Source: an uncultured Gammaproteobacteria bacterium (GTDB taxonomy: Bacteria > Patescibacteriota > Patescibacteriia > CAZGFX01). From it: 64,000 nucleotides of DNA. The DNA is taken from assembly GCA_964524845.1 (NCBI GenBank), contig CAZGFX010000001.1:75823-139822 (forward strand), in the 5' to 3' direction. Shown in pieces: positions 1-9,911 of this stretch. Position 1 is the stretch's first letter. Each line of letters opens with the position of its first letter. The translations under genes and the position numbers were made by a program. The notes under the pieces are model-generated. The model was not told where the DNA came from and searched no databases. It saw nothing but the letters and a program-made list of their open reading frames with translations.

Positions 1-103
1 TTATTCGATGCGCTCCTTCTAAAATCGCATAAATATCATCTTTCTCTTTTGGAATGTGTTTCGTAATAATGAAACTATCATCTTCTTCAAATATATTCAC
101 CAT
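1..103 (-). CDS. Hypothetical protein, 5' part only (MVNIFEEDDSFIITKHIPKEKDDIYAILEGAHRI...), runs off window
   Basis: ATG at 103 preceded by AAGGAG; open frame to the edge; TTGACA (175-180)-N17-TATTAT promoter upstream. Not in ORF track. Confidence 0.6.
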   Translation of the reverse strand, partial: MVNIFEEDDSFIITKHIPKEKDDIYAILEGAHRI

Positions 104-228
104 AAAAACTCCTTTTATTAATTTGTTTTTTGTTTAGTTTTTTATCTATTTATAATATAACTTTTAATAAAAAGTGTCAATAGCGACTATTGATTAAATT
201 GTATTTTGGTGTTATGTTAGTTTGTAAT

Positions 229-1194
229 ATGAATATTTCATATACAAAAGACTTATCTGAAATACTTAGTGATGATACTAAATACGTCGGCGGAAAAGCG
301 GCGGCACTAGGAGGTCTTATTAAACAAGGTTTTAATATACCCCATGGTTTTGTCATACTCACAAATGCTTTTGATGATTTTATTGAAAAACACAACCTTG
401 TTCCTGAGATTCACGCTGCCCTGGAACATATTAATTATGATGATATATGCATCGTCGAAAGTGCATCTCAGCGCATTCAAGATCTCATTATGTCGCTTCC
501 TATTCAGCCTGACTTAGAAAAGGAAATAAAAAAGTTTGCTGATTCAATGAAAGTGACAGGATTTGCAGTTCGATCAAGTGCAACAAGCGAAGATGGCACA
601 GAACATACTTGGGCAGGACAACTAGAAACATTTCTAAATATAAAAAACGAGAATCTTATTGAAAATATAAAAAAATGTTGGGCATCTCTTTTCAGTCCAC
701 GGGCACTAATGTACAAATTCAGAAACATGCCTAAATCAGAATACGTCTCAATTGCGGTGATAATACAAGAAATTATTTTAAGCGATATCTCTGGTATTTC
801 TTTTTCTGTACATCCGGTTACAGAAAATTACGATCAGCTCGTCATAGAAGCGGCATATGGACTCGGAGAATCCGTTGTTTCCGGTGAAGTAACACCAAAT
901 TCATATATAGTGGATAAGACTTCAGATGAAATAATCGACAAAAATATTTTTCCTATTTCTCGTAAAATAATTGCGAATCCTGACGGAGGAATCATGTGGA
1001 AAGAATTGAGCGAATCAGAAAAAAATTTACAAATACTAAATGATGAGGAAATTCTTTTTCTTACTAAAATAATAAAACAGATAGAAAAAAAACTTGGTTT
1101 TCCAGTTGATGTTGAATGGACAAAAAAAGATTCGGTTTTCTTTGTTTTACAAGCACGTCCAATAACAACGCTTTCTAATAATACAAATCTTTGA
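229..1194 (+). CDS. Stand-alone PEP/pyruvate-binding (PPDK_N, ATP-grasp) domain protein
   Basis: Motifs VGGKAA.L, AVRSSA..ED....WAGQ, YGLGE.VVSG, DVEW, LQARPIT; no His-carrier domain; start moved to ATG 229. Confidence 0.85.
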   Translation: MNISYTKDLSEILSDDTKYVGGKAAALGGLIKQGFNIPHGFVILTNAFDDFIEKHNLVPEIHAALEHINYDDICIVESASQRIQDLIMSLPIQPDLEKEIKKFADSMKVTGFAVRSSATSEDGTEHTWAGQLETFLNIKNENLIENIKKCWASLFSPRALMYKFRNMPKSEYVSIAVIIQEIILSDISGISFSVHPVTENYDQLVIEAAYGLGESVVSGEVTPNSYIVDKTSDEIIDKNIFPISRKIIANPDGGIMWKELSESEKNLQILNDEEILFLTKIIKQIEKKLGFPVDVEWTKKDSVFFVLQARPITTLSNNTNL

Positions 1195-1251
1195 TCTTGC
1201 GATAAAGACGAAAAACCTATAACATACTCCTGCTTTATAAGCGGGATTTTT

Positions 1252-2556
1252 ATGAAAAAAACATTTTTTATCGTCGTGCTTGGATGTCAGATGAACGAGT
1301 CTGATGCTGAACGCATCAGAGGTTTGTGCTGTTCTCTTGGTATGATAGAAGCGAAATCAGAAGAAGCTGCGGATATAATAATAGTTGTGTCTTGTGCTGT
1401 AAGACAAGCGGCGATGGATCGCATTTACGGACGCATAGAGAAATGGAACGCGATACGAAAAGAACGTACGCTTTTTTTAATATTAACGGGATGTGTACTC
1501 CCGGCCGATCAAGAAAAACTTCGTGATGTTTTCGATGTTTTTCTTCCAATAAAAGAAATTGGATCTCTTTTTCAAATACTAGCAGATAAACTTGCCGTAA
1601 ATGTACCAGAAAGTACTTCTTCTCAGTATTTTTCAATTGAACCATCTTATTATCATGACTACAAAGCATACGTGCCAATCATGACCGGATGCAATAAATT
1701 TTGCACGTATTGTGCTGTTCCATATACTAGGGGAAGAGAAATATCTAGACCCTACTCTGATATTATGAATGAGATAAATGGACTTGTGGAAAAAGGATAT
1801 AAAGAAATCATGCTTCTCGGACAAAATGTAAACTCGTATGCCCTTGATCTTCCCGACCAATCAGAAAAATTTCCTGAATTACTTAAATCAATAAATGACA
1901 TTGAAGGAGATTTTTGGATTAGAATCATGACATCACATCCGTATGATATGAGTAATAAACTCATAGATGTTTTGGCTGAAAAAAAACATATCTGCGAATC
2001 TTTTCACTTGCCTATTCAATCCGGAGATGATCATGTTCTGGTAACAATGAATCGGCATTACACAGTTCAACATTTTATGGATCGAATCAAATCCTTAAGA
2101 GATGCGATTCCTGACATATCAATATCAACCGATATTATCGTGGGTTTTCCTACAGAAGATGAAATAGCATTTGAAAACACAGTCCGAATAGTAAAAGAAT
2201 GTGCTTTTGATATGGCATATATTGCCAGATATTCCGAAAGACCCGGAACAGTTGCGGAAAAAACTATAAAAGATAATATTTCTGATGAGGAAAAAATGCG
2301 AAGAGAAAAAATAATTAATGATATTATTACAGAAAACGCAATAAATTATAATCAAAGATTTCTTAATAAAACCGTGCGAACACTCGTTGACGAAGCGGCC
2401 CCCTCAAAAGAAACAAACGGATTATTTAAAAATACAGGAAAAAACAGAGAAAATAAAACGGTTATTTTCAAATCTGGTCGTGATTATACAGGACTGTTTG
2501 TTGATGTAAAAATAACAAAAATACACGCATTTGCTCTCGAAGGAGAAGTTGTATAA
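1252..2556 (+). CDS. miaB: tRNA methylthiotransferase MiaB
   Basis: LGCQMNESD, radical SAM GCNKFCTYC, LLGQNVNSY, C-terminal TRAM; adjacent to miaA. Confidence 0.92.
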   Translation: MKKTFFIVVLGCQMNESDAERIRGLCCSLGMIEAKSEEAADIIIVVSCAVRQAAMDRIYGRIEKWNAIRKERTLFLILTGCVLPADQEKLRDVFDVFLPIKEIGSLFQILADKLAVNVPESTSSQYFSIEPSYYHDYKAYVPIMTGCNKFCTYCAVPYTRGREISRPYSDIMNEINGLVEKGYKEIMLLGQNVNSYALDLPDQSEKFPELLKSINDIEGDFWIRIMTSHPYDMSNKLIDVLAEKKHICESFHLPIQSGDDHVLVTMNRHYTVQHFMDRIKSLRDAIPDISISTDIIVGFPTEDEIAFENTVRIVKECAFDMAYIARYSERPGTVAEKTIKDNISDEEKMRREKIINDIITENAINYNQRFLNKTVRTLVDEAAPSKETNGLFKNTGKNRENKTVIFKSGRDYTGLFVDVKITKIHAFALEGEVV

Positions 2557-2595
2557 GATACGAAAAATGAAAAAACTTTCAATTCATAACTCTTT

Positions 2596-3342
2596 ATGGA
2601 ACAGAAGCCAAAAATAGTATGTGTTACCGGACCAACATGCTCAGGAAAAACTGATTTCGCAATTGCGATTGCGAAGGAGTTTAATGGTGAAATTATATCC
2701 GCGGATTCTAGGCAAATATTCAAAGATGTGTGGATAGTCAGCAACAAACCTTATGGCGAAAAACAAGATGATATACTTTTAGTTGACGGAGTTCCACATC
2801 ATTTAATAGATTTTGTTGAACCTACAGCTGAATATACACTTTACAACTGGATCAAAGACGCGAAAAAATGTATTGAAACTATTCTATCAAAAAATAAACT
2901 TCCTATTATCGCAGGCGGCACGCCGATGTATATATCAGCAATTACTGATGGATATGATCTTGAAACAAGAGGAAAAAATAATCCTGAATACGATTCATTG
3001 CTTTTATACATCAGCGTGCCGCGAGATGTCTTATACAAAAATATGGATAATCGCGTACACACCATGATAAAACAAGGCGCAATAAAAGAAGCACAGGAAT
3101 ATCTCGATAAATATGGAGAACACCATTTTGGAATGAGTAAGACATCTCAAGGATATAATCACCTATTTTCATATATTAGAGGAGAAATTCCAATCGAGAA
3201 AGCTATATACGAAATGCAAAAAGATACTAGACACTATGCGAAACGCCAGGAAACGTGGTGGAGACACCACGGAAATCCTATAAGCATATCTTCATACGAA
3301 GACGCTCGTTCGCTCGTTTCAAGGTTTTTGGGTAAAAAATAA
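2596..3342 (+). CDS. miaA: tRNA dimethylallyltransferase MiaA (short form)
   Basis: GPTCSGKT, EIISADSRQ, PHHLID, GGT.MY, TRHYAKRQ.TW. Confidence 0.92.
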   Translation: MEQKPKIVCVTGPTCSGKTDFAIAIAKEFNGEIISADSRQIFKDVWIVSNKPYGEKQDDILLVDGVPHHLIDFVEPTAEYTLYNWIKDAKKCIETILSKNKLPIIAGGTPMYISAITDGYDLETRGKNNPEYDSLLLYISVPRDVLYKNMDNRVHTMIKQGAIKEAQEYLDKYGEHHFGMSKTSQGYNHLFSYIRGEIPIEKAIYEMQKDTRHYAKRQETWWRHHGNPISISSYEDARSLVSRFLGKK

Positions 3343-3360
3343 ATTAAAAAGAGAATGCTG

Positions 3361-3711
3361 TTAAGCACTCTCTTCTTTTGTTTGTATAACCGTGGGATTG
3401 AAAGATCCTTTTTTTCCTTGCAGAAGGACGCTCCAATCCTTTGAGAAACCTCGCACGACATACTCTTCTCCACAAACCACGACTATACTTCCGATTTTTA
3501 TTCCTTTTTTGTCGATGGCTTGTTTTTTCAAAAGCGAATAATAATCTTTTCGCTTTTTTCTGATCGCCCAAATAAGTTCATTGAGTTCTGACACTGTTAT
3601 GTCTTTTCTATCAGTGTCAAAGTTTGGTAAAAACTCTTTTATCTGGTTTTTTAGCTCTTCATTCAGCTTTATAAGATCATCAGGATCTTGTTTTCTTTTA
3701 AAACTATTCAC
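3361..3711 (-). CDS. Hypothetical protein
   Basis: 116-aa ORF, GTG start with AAAGGAG. Confidence 0.6.
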   Translation of the reverse strand: MNSFKRKQDPDDLIKLNEELKNQIKEFLPNFDTDRKDITVSELNELIWAIRKKRKDYYSLLKKQAIDKKGIKIGSIVVVCGEEYVVRGFSKDWSVLLQGKKGSFNPTVIQTKEESA

Positions 3712-3743
3712 GCAGTAGTCTCCTTTTTTATTATTTTATACTA

Positions 3744-4340
3744 TTAATGTTTTTCATCCTGGTCCAACCACGGCCGATCAAAATCCCCCGTCATTTCTCG
3801 CATGCTTCTTAAGACATGCTCTGGTATAACTATCTCAAACGTCCATTCTTTCTGATTTTCGTTATACGCAATAACATAATCATAGTTTTGCCCGATTATT
3901 ATTTTTATATCCTGTTTTTTTTCAACAAATCCATTTTTCACTAAAAAGTCAATTATCGCATAATGAGAAGATGGATCAGCGATACATCTCTGAATAGACG
4001 GATAAAAAAATATTTTTTCGTATTTTTCAGATTCGATCCATTCAAAATGTCTAACTTCTTTTATCTTGTCTTCGTATCGAATCCAAGGATCCCAATAAAC
4101 AAAAAGTAACGGTTTTATGGTTTCTTTGGACTTATTATGAGTGCAAAAACTAAATGTATTACCAGTTGTTTTGTGCACTAGTTGAAAACAGATGTGGGGA
4201 GGTACCGGGTAAATAATTTCAAACAGCGAACTAAACCCTTCGTGTTTTATGACCTTTTCAAAATCAATAACAGTAATTTTCGGACGATGATTGTTAATAT
4301 AGGTCAAAACATCTCTAGAAATTTTCTGTAACGTTTCCAT
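3744..4340 (-). CDS. Hypothetical protein
   Basis: 198-aa ORF with upstream consensus promoter. Confidence 0.65.
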   Translation of the reverse strand: METLQKISRDVLTYINNHRPKITVIDFEKVIKHEGFSSLFEIIYPVPPHICFQLVHKTTGNTFSFCTHNKSKETIKPLLFVYWDPWIRYEDKIKEVRHFEWIESEKYEKIFFYPSIQRCIADPSSHYAIIDFLVKNGFVEKKQDIKIIIGQNYDYVIAYNENQKEWTFEIVIPEHVLRSMREMTGDFDRPWLDQDEKH

Positions 4341-4383
4341 TACACTGCCTTTCTATTTTATTTATATTTATTTTATTACCTCT

Positions 4384-4411
4384 ATTATACCACGTCTTTT
4401 AGAAATGTCAA
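4384..4411 (-). promoter_or_regulatory. Sigma70-type promoter
   Basis: TTGACA-N16-TATAAT with TG extension. Confidence 0.7.
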
Positions 4412-4437
4412 ACAATAACTCTTTTTCCAATTAAAAA

Positions 4438-4462
4438 GACCTCTCGATGTTTTCGAGAGGTC
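4438..4462 (-). terminator. Rho-independent terminator
   Basis: GACCTCTCGA/TCGAGAGGTC stem, U-tract on minus strand, downstream of ABC gene. Confidence 0.75.
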
Positions 4463-4482
4463 CAGAAGTTATATATTAATTT

Positions 4483-6357
4483 TTAGTTCGTTTCAATGGA
4501 GTATCCTTTTGCTTGCATTGTGAACAAGCGAGCATATTCCCCATTAAGCTTCATAAGTTCGTTATGCGAGCCTATTTCTTTTATCTTGCCGTCTGCAATT
4601 AGACATATTCGATCAGCACTTCTAACCGTATTAAACTTGTGGGAGATGAAAATGATCGTGCGATCTTTGTATATCTTCTCAAGTCTTTCAAATATGTTTA
4701 TTTCAGACTCAGCATCGAGGCTTGCAGTAGGTTCATCCAGAACAATAACCTGCGCGTCTCTGTAGAAAATTCTTGATAAAGCAAGTTTTTGCCGCTCGCC
4801 ACCAGAGAATTCGGTTCCGTTCGTAAATTCATTTCCAATAATTTGATCGTATTTTTTTTCGAGCTTTTTAATAAATGCGTTGGCCTCTGCATGTCTTGCG
4901 GCTTCTTTGATTTTTTCATAATCTAGTTTCTCACCGTTTTTTCTTCCAAATGAAATTGCTTTTCCAACAGAAAAAGATTCATAATCAGCAAATTTTTGTG
5001 ATAATACACCAAGTACCGATTGCCACTGTTTTAAATCAATGTTTCGTATATCTGTTCCATTAACTTTTATATTACCTTCGATCGGATCATATGCCCTAGC
5101 AAGAAGCTTCACAAGAGTGCTTTTTCCGCTACCATTTTCACCAATAAGAGCTATTTTTTCTCCTGGTTTTATAGATATAGAAAAATCATTAATAACTTTT
5201 TTTTCTGATCCTGGATAAGAAAACATCACATTATTAAATTCTATAAGTGGCACTGTTTTAAAAGAAACAGAAATAGGATTTTTAGGAGAAACGATAATAG
5301 GTTTTGAGTCGAGTAGCTTGAATATATCTCCGACAAACAACGTATCTTGATACTGAGACGCAAGATTAAAAGATATTCCACCAAGTGCGTTTCTAAGTTG
5401 TTGTGCTGATGAAATGAAGAATATAAACGCACCAATTGATATATTTTTGTTCACCACATCAAGAAAAAAAGTATAAACAATGAAACCAAAAACTAGTATT
5501 GATGCCACATTTGAATACAAAGACCATATTGTTCGTTTTCTATAATCAACATCTTCTCTTTCGTATATTGCAATCCTCATTTTCCTAAATAGATTTACCA
5601 AATAATCAGACATGTTAAAAAGTTTTGTTTCAATAAAAGTATTAATATTATTAACACTCCATCGAACAGTCCACATTTTTCTATATTGTTCAATTGTTTC
5701 TTCGCTTGTTTTCCATAAACCATACCCAAATCTTGCTTCTATAATAAGTTCCGGTATGGTTACAAGAACGAAAAGAATGAAACACCACCAGTTTGCATAT
5801 ATCAAGATCACCGAAGCAATAATAAGCTCAATAATATCGCTCGTAATAAAAAGTTGTCTTTGGATAAATTCTATAATCCTGCCAATTCCAAACTCACTAA
5901 CTTTTTGTATTAAATTGCTTTGTTCTGGTGCTTCTCTGCTAGCAATATCCATTTCACCTACTTTTTTCAAAATAATAGTATCAAACAACAAACGAACATT
6001 TTTTCCGAAACGATATCTGATATATCCTCTAATTGTTTGAAAAATTTGGGAGAATCCGCCAACTGCTATGAAAAGCAAAAGGATCAGAAATTGAATGTTT
6101 GTGTTAAATCCTTTATCAAACGAATTGACAATAAGAGCCAAACTTCCATTTCGAATAGATGGAAGAAACGCCAAAATAATAAATACTCCTATATATAACA
6201 AGAATATTTTTTTGTGTTCCGTCCATATAATTCGATTAAGGCGAGCCGAGTAGACAAATATTTTTTTCACCATTTCAAAAGACAACTCATTCTTTTTTTC
6301 GTCCTTTTTTGTTTCGGTTGTCGATTGGTCTTTTTTATCTATTTTTTCTTTCTTCAT
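4483..6357 (-). CDS. ABC exporter, fused permease/ATP-binding protein
   Basis: N-terminal TM helices; GENGSGKST, FSGGERQ, VLDEPTA, ISH. Confidence 0.9.
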   Translation of the reverse strand: MKKEKIDKKDQSTTETKKDEKKNELSFEMVKKIFVYSARLNRIIWTEHKKIFLLYIGVFIILAFLPSIRNGSLALIVNSFDKGFNTNIQFLILLLFIAVGGFSQIFQTIRGYIRYRFGKNVRLLFDTIILKKVGEMDIASREAPEQSNLIQKVSEFGIGRIIEFIQRQLFITSDIIELIIASVILIYANWWCFILFVLVTIPELIIEARFGYGLWKTSEETIEQYRKMWTVRWSVNNINTFIETKLFNMSDYLVNLFRKMRIAIYEREDVDYRKRTIWSLYSNVASILVFGFIVYTFFLDVVNKNISIGAFIFFISSAQQLRNALGGISFNLASQYQDTLFVGDIFKLLDSKPIIVSPKNPISVSFKTVPLIEFNNVMFSYPGSEKKVINDFSISIKPGEKIALIGENGSGKSTLVKLLARAYDPIEGNIKVNGTDIRNIDLKQWQSVLGVLSQKFADYESFSVGKAISFGRKNGEKLDYEKIKEAARHAEANAFIKKLEKKYDQIIGNEFTNGTEFSGGERQKLALSRIFYRDAQVIVLDEPTASLDAESEINIFERLEKIYKDRTIIFISHKFNTVRSADRICLIADGKIKEIGSHNELMKLNGEYARLFTMQAKGYSIETN

Positions 6358-6494
6358 ATAACAACTTCCTTTGTTTAATTTTTATTTTAATCATTATATA
6401 ATCTCATTTTATCATGGAAAAGTCAAGTTTAAGTTAAAAGTAATAAAATAGCTTATTTCCTAATCTTTTCTCTGGGTTTTTTGGATATTTTCTC

Positions 6495-7301
6495 CTATTT
6501 TTTTCTTTTAACAATATAATTTATGGCGTATTGGAGCCACTGATGAACCATATCCGGCTGTTCAAGCGCATGATCGCCATCTTTCACTGTAAAAAACTGT
6601 TTGAATTTCACTGATATCGATTCTATCGGAACTGTCGTGTCCGAATCTCCTTGTATGCACGCGATCGAGTCTGTATTTTGTAAAAACAGTCCATAATCCT
6701 TATCTTGAGTCTCAGCATAAAACAATGCTGGCGCGTGCTGTGATCCAATCATGCGATCACTATTATTTATATATGATTGAAAAGTGTCTTCGTTAAGATG
6801 TTTTTTGTAATTTTTCCACGAAATTGTTTGTTTCGTATTAAGAGGAGCCGTATCTCTGACATACCAATATCGAAGCAACTCCCCTATATGTAAAGACGGC
6901 GCAAAAAACAAAATGTTACACACATCCATATCCGGATACAATCGAAGCATTTCAGTAATCACGGCACATCCTAAACTGTGCCCAACTAGTACAAGTTTTT
7001 TTCCATATTTAAAACCAATATCACAAGCTCTTTTAAGAGTGTGTGCGCGATCCTCGACTGTGAAAAGACGAAAATCGCCATCAGATATTCCACACCCAGC
7101 AAAATCGAATCTAAATGACGCGCAGTCGTGTTTAATAAGCTCGTCAGCAAGTATTTTAAACTTTTTATCACCTACTCCACCATTCTCAAATCTATGAGCC
7201 ATGACAACAACAGTGTCTGACAATTGACCGGTTGAAACGAGAAGTCCTCTTATTATATTTTGGTTCTTATCAAAAAATTCTATGAGTGTGGTGTGCTTCA
7301 T
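6495..7301 (-). CDS. Alpha/beta hydrolase
   Basis: RFDFAGCG.SDG, nucleophile elbow GHSLG, GDSD.TVP, DGDH. Confidence 0.85.
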   Translation of the reverse strand: MKHTTLIEFFDKNQNIIRGLLVSTGQLSDTVVVMAHRFENGGVGDKKFKILADELIKHDCASFRFDFAGCGISDGDFRLFTVEDRAHTLKRACDIGFKYGKKLVLVGHSLGCAVITEMLRLYPDMDVCNILFFAPSLHIGELLRYWYVRDTAPLNTKQTISWKNYKKHLNEDTFQSYINNSDRMIGSQHAPALFYAETQDKDYGLFLQNTDSIACIQGDSDTTVPIESISVKFKQFFTVKDGDHALEQPDMVHQWLQYAINYIVKRKK

Positions 7302-7386
7302 ATACTAATATTGTATCACGAAAAAAATCAGCAGTATAGCGAAAAAAACGTATTTACGTTATACTATACACATAGATATATAATAT

Positions 7387-8454
7387 ATGGCAAATATAAA
7401 AAAATTATTGAACAAAAAAGAATCTCATTATTATCTCGATCATGTTTGCAAAACAATCCAAAAAGAAGATTTATATCTTCCGGGACCGAAACATATTGAT
7501 GATATTTTCAAACAGTCCAATAGGAACAAAAAAGTTATCGGAAATCTAAAAAGATTATTCGGCACAGGCAGACTCGCCGGCACAGGATATCTTTCAATTC
7601 TCCCTGTCGACCAAGGAATTGAGCATGGCGCAGGAGCGAGTTTCGCGAAAAACCCGATATATTTCGATCCAGAAAACATCGTGCGTCTGGCTATTGAAGG
7701 TGGTTGTAATGCGGTTGCATCAACATATGGTGCGCTCGCTCTTGTTGCAAACTCGTATGCAAATAAAATTCCTTTTATAATGAAGCTTAATCATAACGAA
7801 CTTCTCACATACCCTAATATTTTTGATCAAACATTATTCGCTAGTTCTGAACAAGCATATGATATGGGAGCCGCCGGTGTCGGAGCAACGATATACTTCG
7901 GATCTCCGGAATCACGCAGACAAATTACGGAAATATCAAGAGAGTTTGCAAAAGCACACGAACTTGGAATGTTCACTGTTCTGTGGTGTTATCTAAGAAA
8001 TCCCGCGTTTAAAAAAGGATCAAAAGATTATCATTTCTCCGCAGATCTAACTGGACAAGCAAATTACCTTGGTGTGACGATAGGCGCTGATATAATCAAA
8101 CAGAAAATGCCAACATGTAACGGTGGTATAAAAGCTCTTGGAATCAAAGGATATACTTATGGAAAACTAGACGAATCCATGTATACGAAACTGGCCTCAA
8201 ATCATCCTATAGATCTCGTAAGATACCAGGTTGCAAACTGTTATATGGGCCGTATAGGGCTTATTAACTCAGGAGGTGGTTCTGGAGCCCAGGATCTTAA
8301 AGACGCCGTTATAACGGCAATTATGAACAAGCGCGCAGGTGGAACAGGCCTCATATCAGGCCGCAAGGCATTCAAAAAACCATTCAAAGATGGCGTAGAA
8401 TTACTTCGCTCCATACAAGACGTATATTTGGACAAAAACATTACTGTTGCGTAA
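7387..8454 (+). CDS. fbaB: Class I fructose-bisphosphate aldolase (DhnA type)
   Basis: [45 protein letters not shown]. Confidence 0.95.
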   Translation: MANIKKLLNKKESHYYLDHVCKTIQKEDLYLPGPKHIDDIFKQSNRNKKVIGNLKRLFGTGRLAGTGYLSILPVDQGIEHGAGASFAKNPIYFDPENIVRLAIEGGCNAVASTYGALALVANSYANKIPFIMKLNHNELLTYPNIFDQTLFASSEQAYDMGAAGVGATIYFGSPESRRQITEISREFAKAHELGMFTVLWCYLRNPAFKKGSKDYHFSADLTGQANYLGVTIGADIIKQKMPTCNGGIKALGIKGYTYGKLDESMYTKLASNHPIDLVRYQVANCYMGRIGLINSGGGSGAQDLKDAVITAIMNKRAGGTGLISGRKAFKKPFKDGVELLRSIQDVYLDKNITVA

Positions 8455-8456
8455 AC

Positions 8457-8489
8457 AAAAAAACACACCTGACAAAAGGTGTGTTTTTT
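8457..8489. terminator. Bidirectional terminator
   Basis: AAAAACACACCT/AGGTGTGTTTTT between convergent genes. Confidence 0.8.
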
Positions 8490-8498
8490 ATATTTAGA

Positions 8499-9662
8499 TT
8501 AATTTATTTTTTCCCACTTATTATTTTTAAACTCTAGAAGTTTTGTTGGTCTATAAGAAACTCCGTTATTATCAAAATCCAAAGTTCCTGCAACACCATT
8601 ATAAATAGGCATATTAATCAAAAAATCAGAAAGACAATCAGCGTTTATAATGTTCTTTTTATCACAATATTCTAGTCCTTGTGCAAGAACATGTGTTTGG
8701 TCATATGTGTATGCGGCTGAAAATTCCGGATCTGTTTTATAAACTTCTTTAAAATTATTTATGAAGCCACCTCCTTCTTGTTCATTATTTTTATCAAAAG
8801 AAAACCAAGTGGTAATTGTTTTTGTTGATTCCAGCATATCAGGAACAGCTGATGTTGTTTCAGGAAATGCTCCAACAGGAACACCTGTTTGCCAATCGTT
8901 CATTTTTAATGTTTTCATCTGTTGAAAAATAGGTATTACGTGCTGTGGAAAACCACTTCCAATTATAATATTTTTATTTGTACTTTTGGTTTTTACTTTT
9001 GTAAGAATTGTAGAAAAATTTGTTTCAGTCATCAAAAACTGTTCGTAATTTTCTATTTTTCCACCAGCAAACTCAAAGTGTTTTTTAAAACTATTATAAA
9101 ACACTGTGTATGCATCATTTTGAACCTGAATAAACGAGACTGTACTTATGTTTCTTTTAATAAATTCTTCCGCGAGAGCCTTTCCATCGCGTTCCATGTT
9201 ATTATAATCCTGAAAAACATATTTATTTGATTCTGCAAACGAAGTTATTGTTGAGTTATAAATCAATAAAATATTGTTTGCCGCTGTAATTGGACTTACA
9301 GAAGCCGTAATATGAGTAAACGCTGTTATCATTGCGACAATTTTATCTTGGTTTATAAGTTTTTGAGCACTTGTTGCCGCTTTTTTTGCATCTCCTTCAT
9401 TATCTTCAAAAATAACAACTAATTTTTTATTATTTATTCCACCATTTTTGTTTATTTCTTCTACAGCAAGTTCTACTCCTTGTTTTTCCTGTACTCCTAA
9501 ATATGCGAAACTTCCTGTAAGTGGAAAAGTGGCTCCTATTTTTATTGTTTCTTGTGTTTCGTCTTTATTAATATTTTTTGATATTAATACATATGCTGAA
9601 AAAACAATAATAATAGCTATTATTATATACAACGATGACTTTTTTTTCTTCTGCAAAATCAT
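8499..9662 (-). CDS. Membrane-anchored ABC substrate-binding protein, LivJ-like family
   Basis: N-terminal TM; IKIGATFPLTG, AVEEIN..GGI, ED, AYTYD, YNGVAGTLDFD.NG. Confidence 0.85.
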   Translation of the reverse strand: MILQKKKKSSLYIIIAIIIVFSAYVLISKNINKDETQETIKIGATFPLTGSFAYLGVQEKQGVELAVEEINKNGGINNKKLVVIFEDNEGDAKKAATSAQKLINQDKIVAMITAFTHITASVSPITAANNILLIYNSTITSFAESNKYVFQDYNNMERDGKALAEEFIKRNISTVSFIQVQNDAYTVFYNSFKKHFEFAGGKIENYEQFLMTETNFSTILTKVKTKSTNKNIIIGSGFPQHVIPIFQQMKTLKMNDWQTGVPVGAFPETTSAVPDMLESTKTITTWFSFDKNNEQEGGGFINNFKEVYKTDPEFSAAYTYDQTHVLAQGLEYCDKKNIINADCLSDFLINMPIYNGVAGTLDFDNNGVSYRPTKLLEFKNNKWEKIN

Positions 9663-9782
9663 ATAATTTAAATGATTAAATACACAAAAAGTATACTCGC
9701 TTTCTAAAATTATTCAAACAAAAAACTACATCTCCTCCCTCAAAAAAGTATTTGGGACGTGTTTTTGAGCTACTTTGAGAAA
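9568..9782. repeat. Direct repeat copy 1 (215 bp)
   Basis: Matches 10933-11158 with 4 substitutions and one 11-nt indel. Confidence 0.95.
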
Positions 9783-9827
9783 ATGGCTATTGAAGGTTCT
9801 TTTCAAATGTTCTATAACATCTTTCAT
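9726..9827 (-). CDS. 33-aa chimeric mini-ORF MKDVIEHLKRTFNSH-FLKVAQKHVPNTFLREEM (last 18 aa identical to NrdG C-terminus); possibly a gene remnant
   Basis: AAGGAG 7 nt before ATG 9827; TTGACT-N16-TATACT upstream; in frame through the duplicated nrdG tail. Confidence 0.5.
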   Translation of the reverse strand: MKDVIEHLKRTFNSHFLKVAQKHVPNTFLREEM

Positions 9828-9911
9828 TTTTATACTCCTTTTAATTTTCGTGTGATTTTCATATTTTACGAAAGTATAATAAATGTATTTGAAAAGTCAA
9901 AATTACTATTA

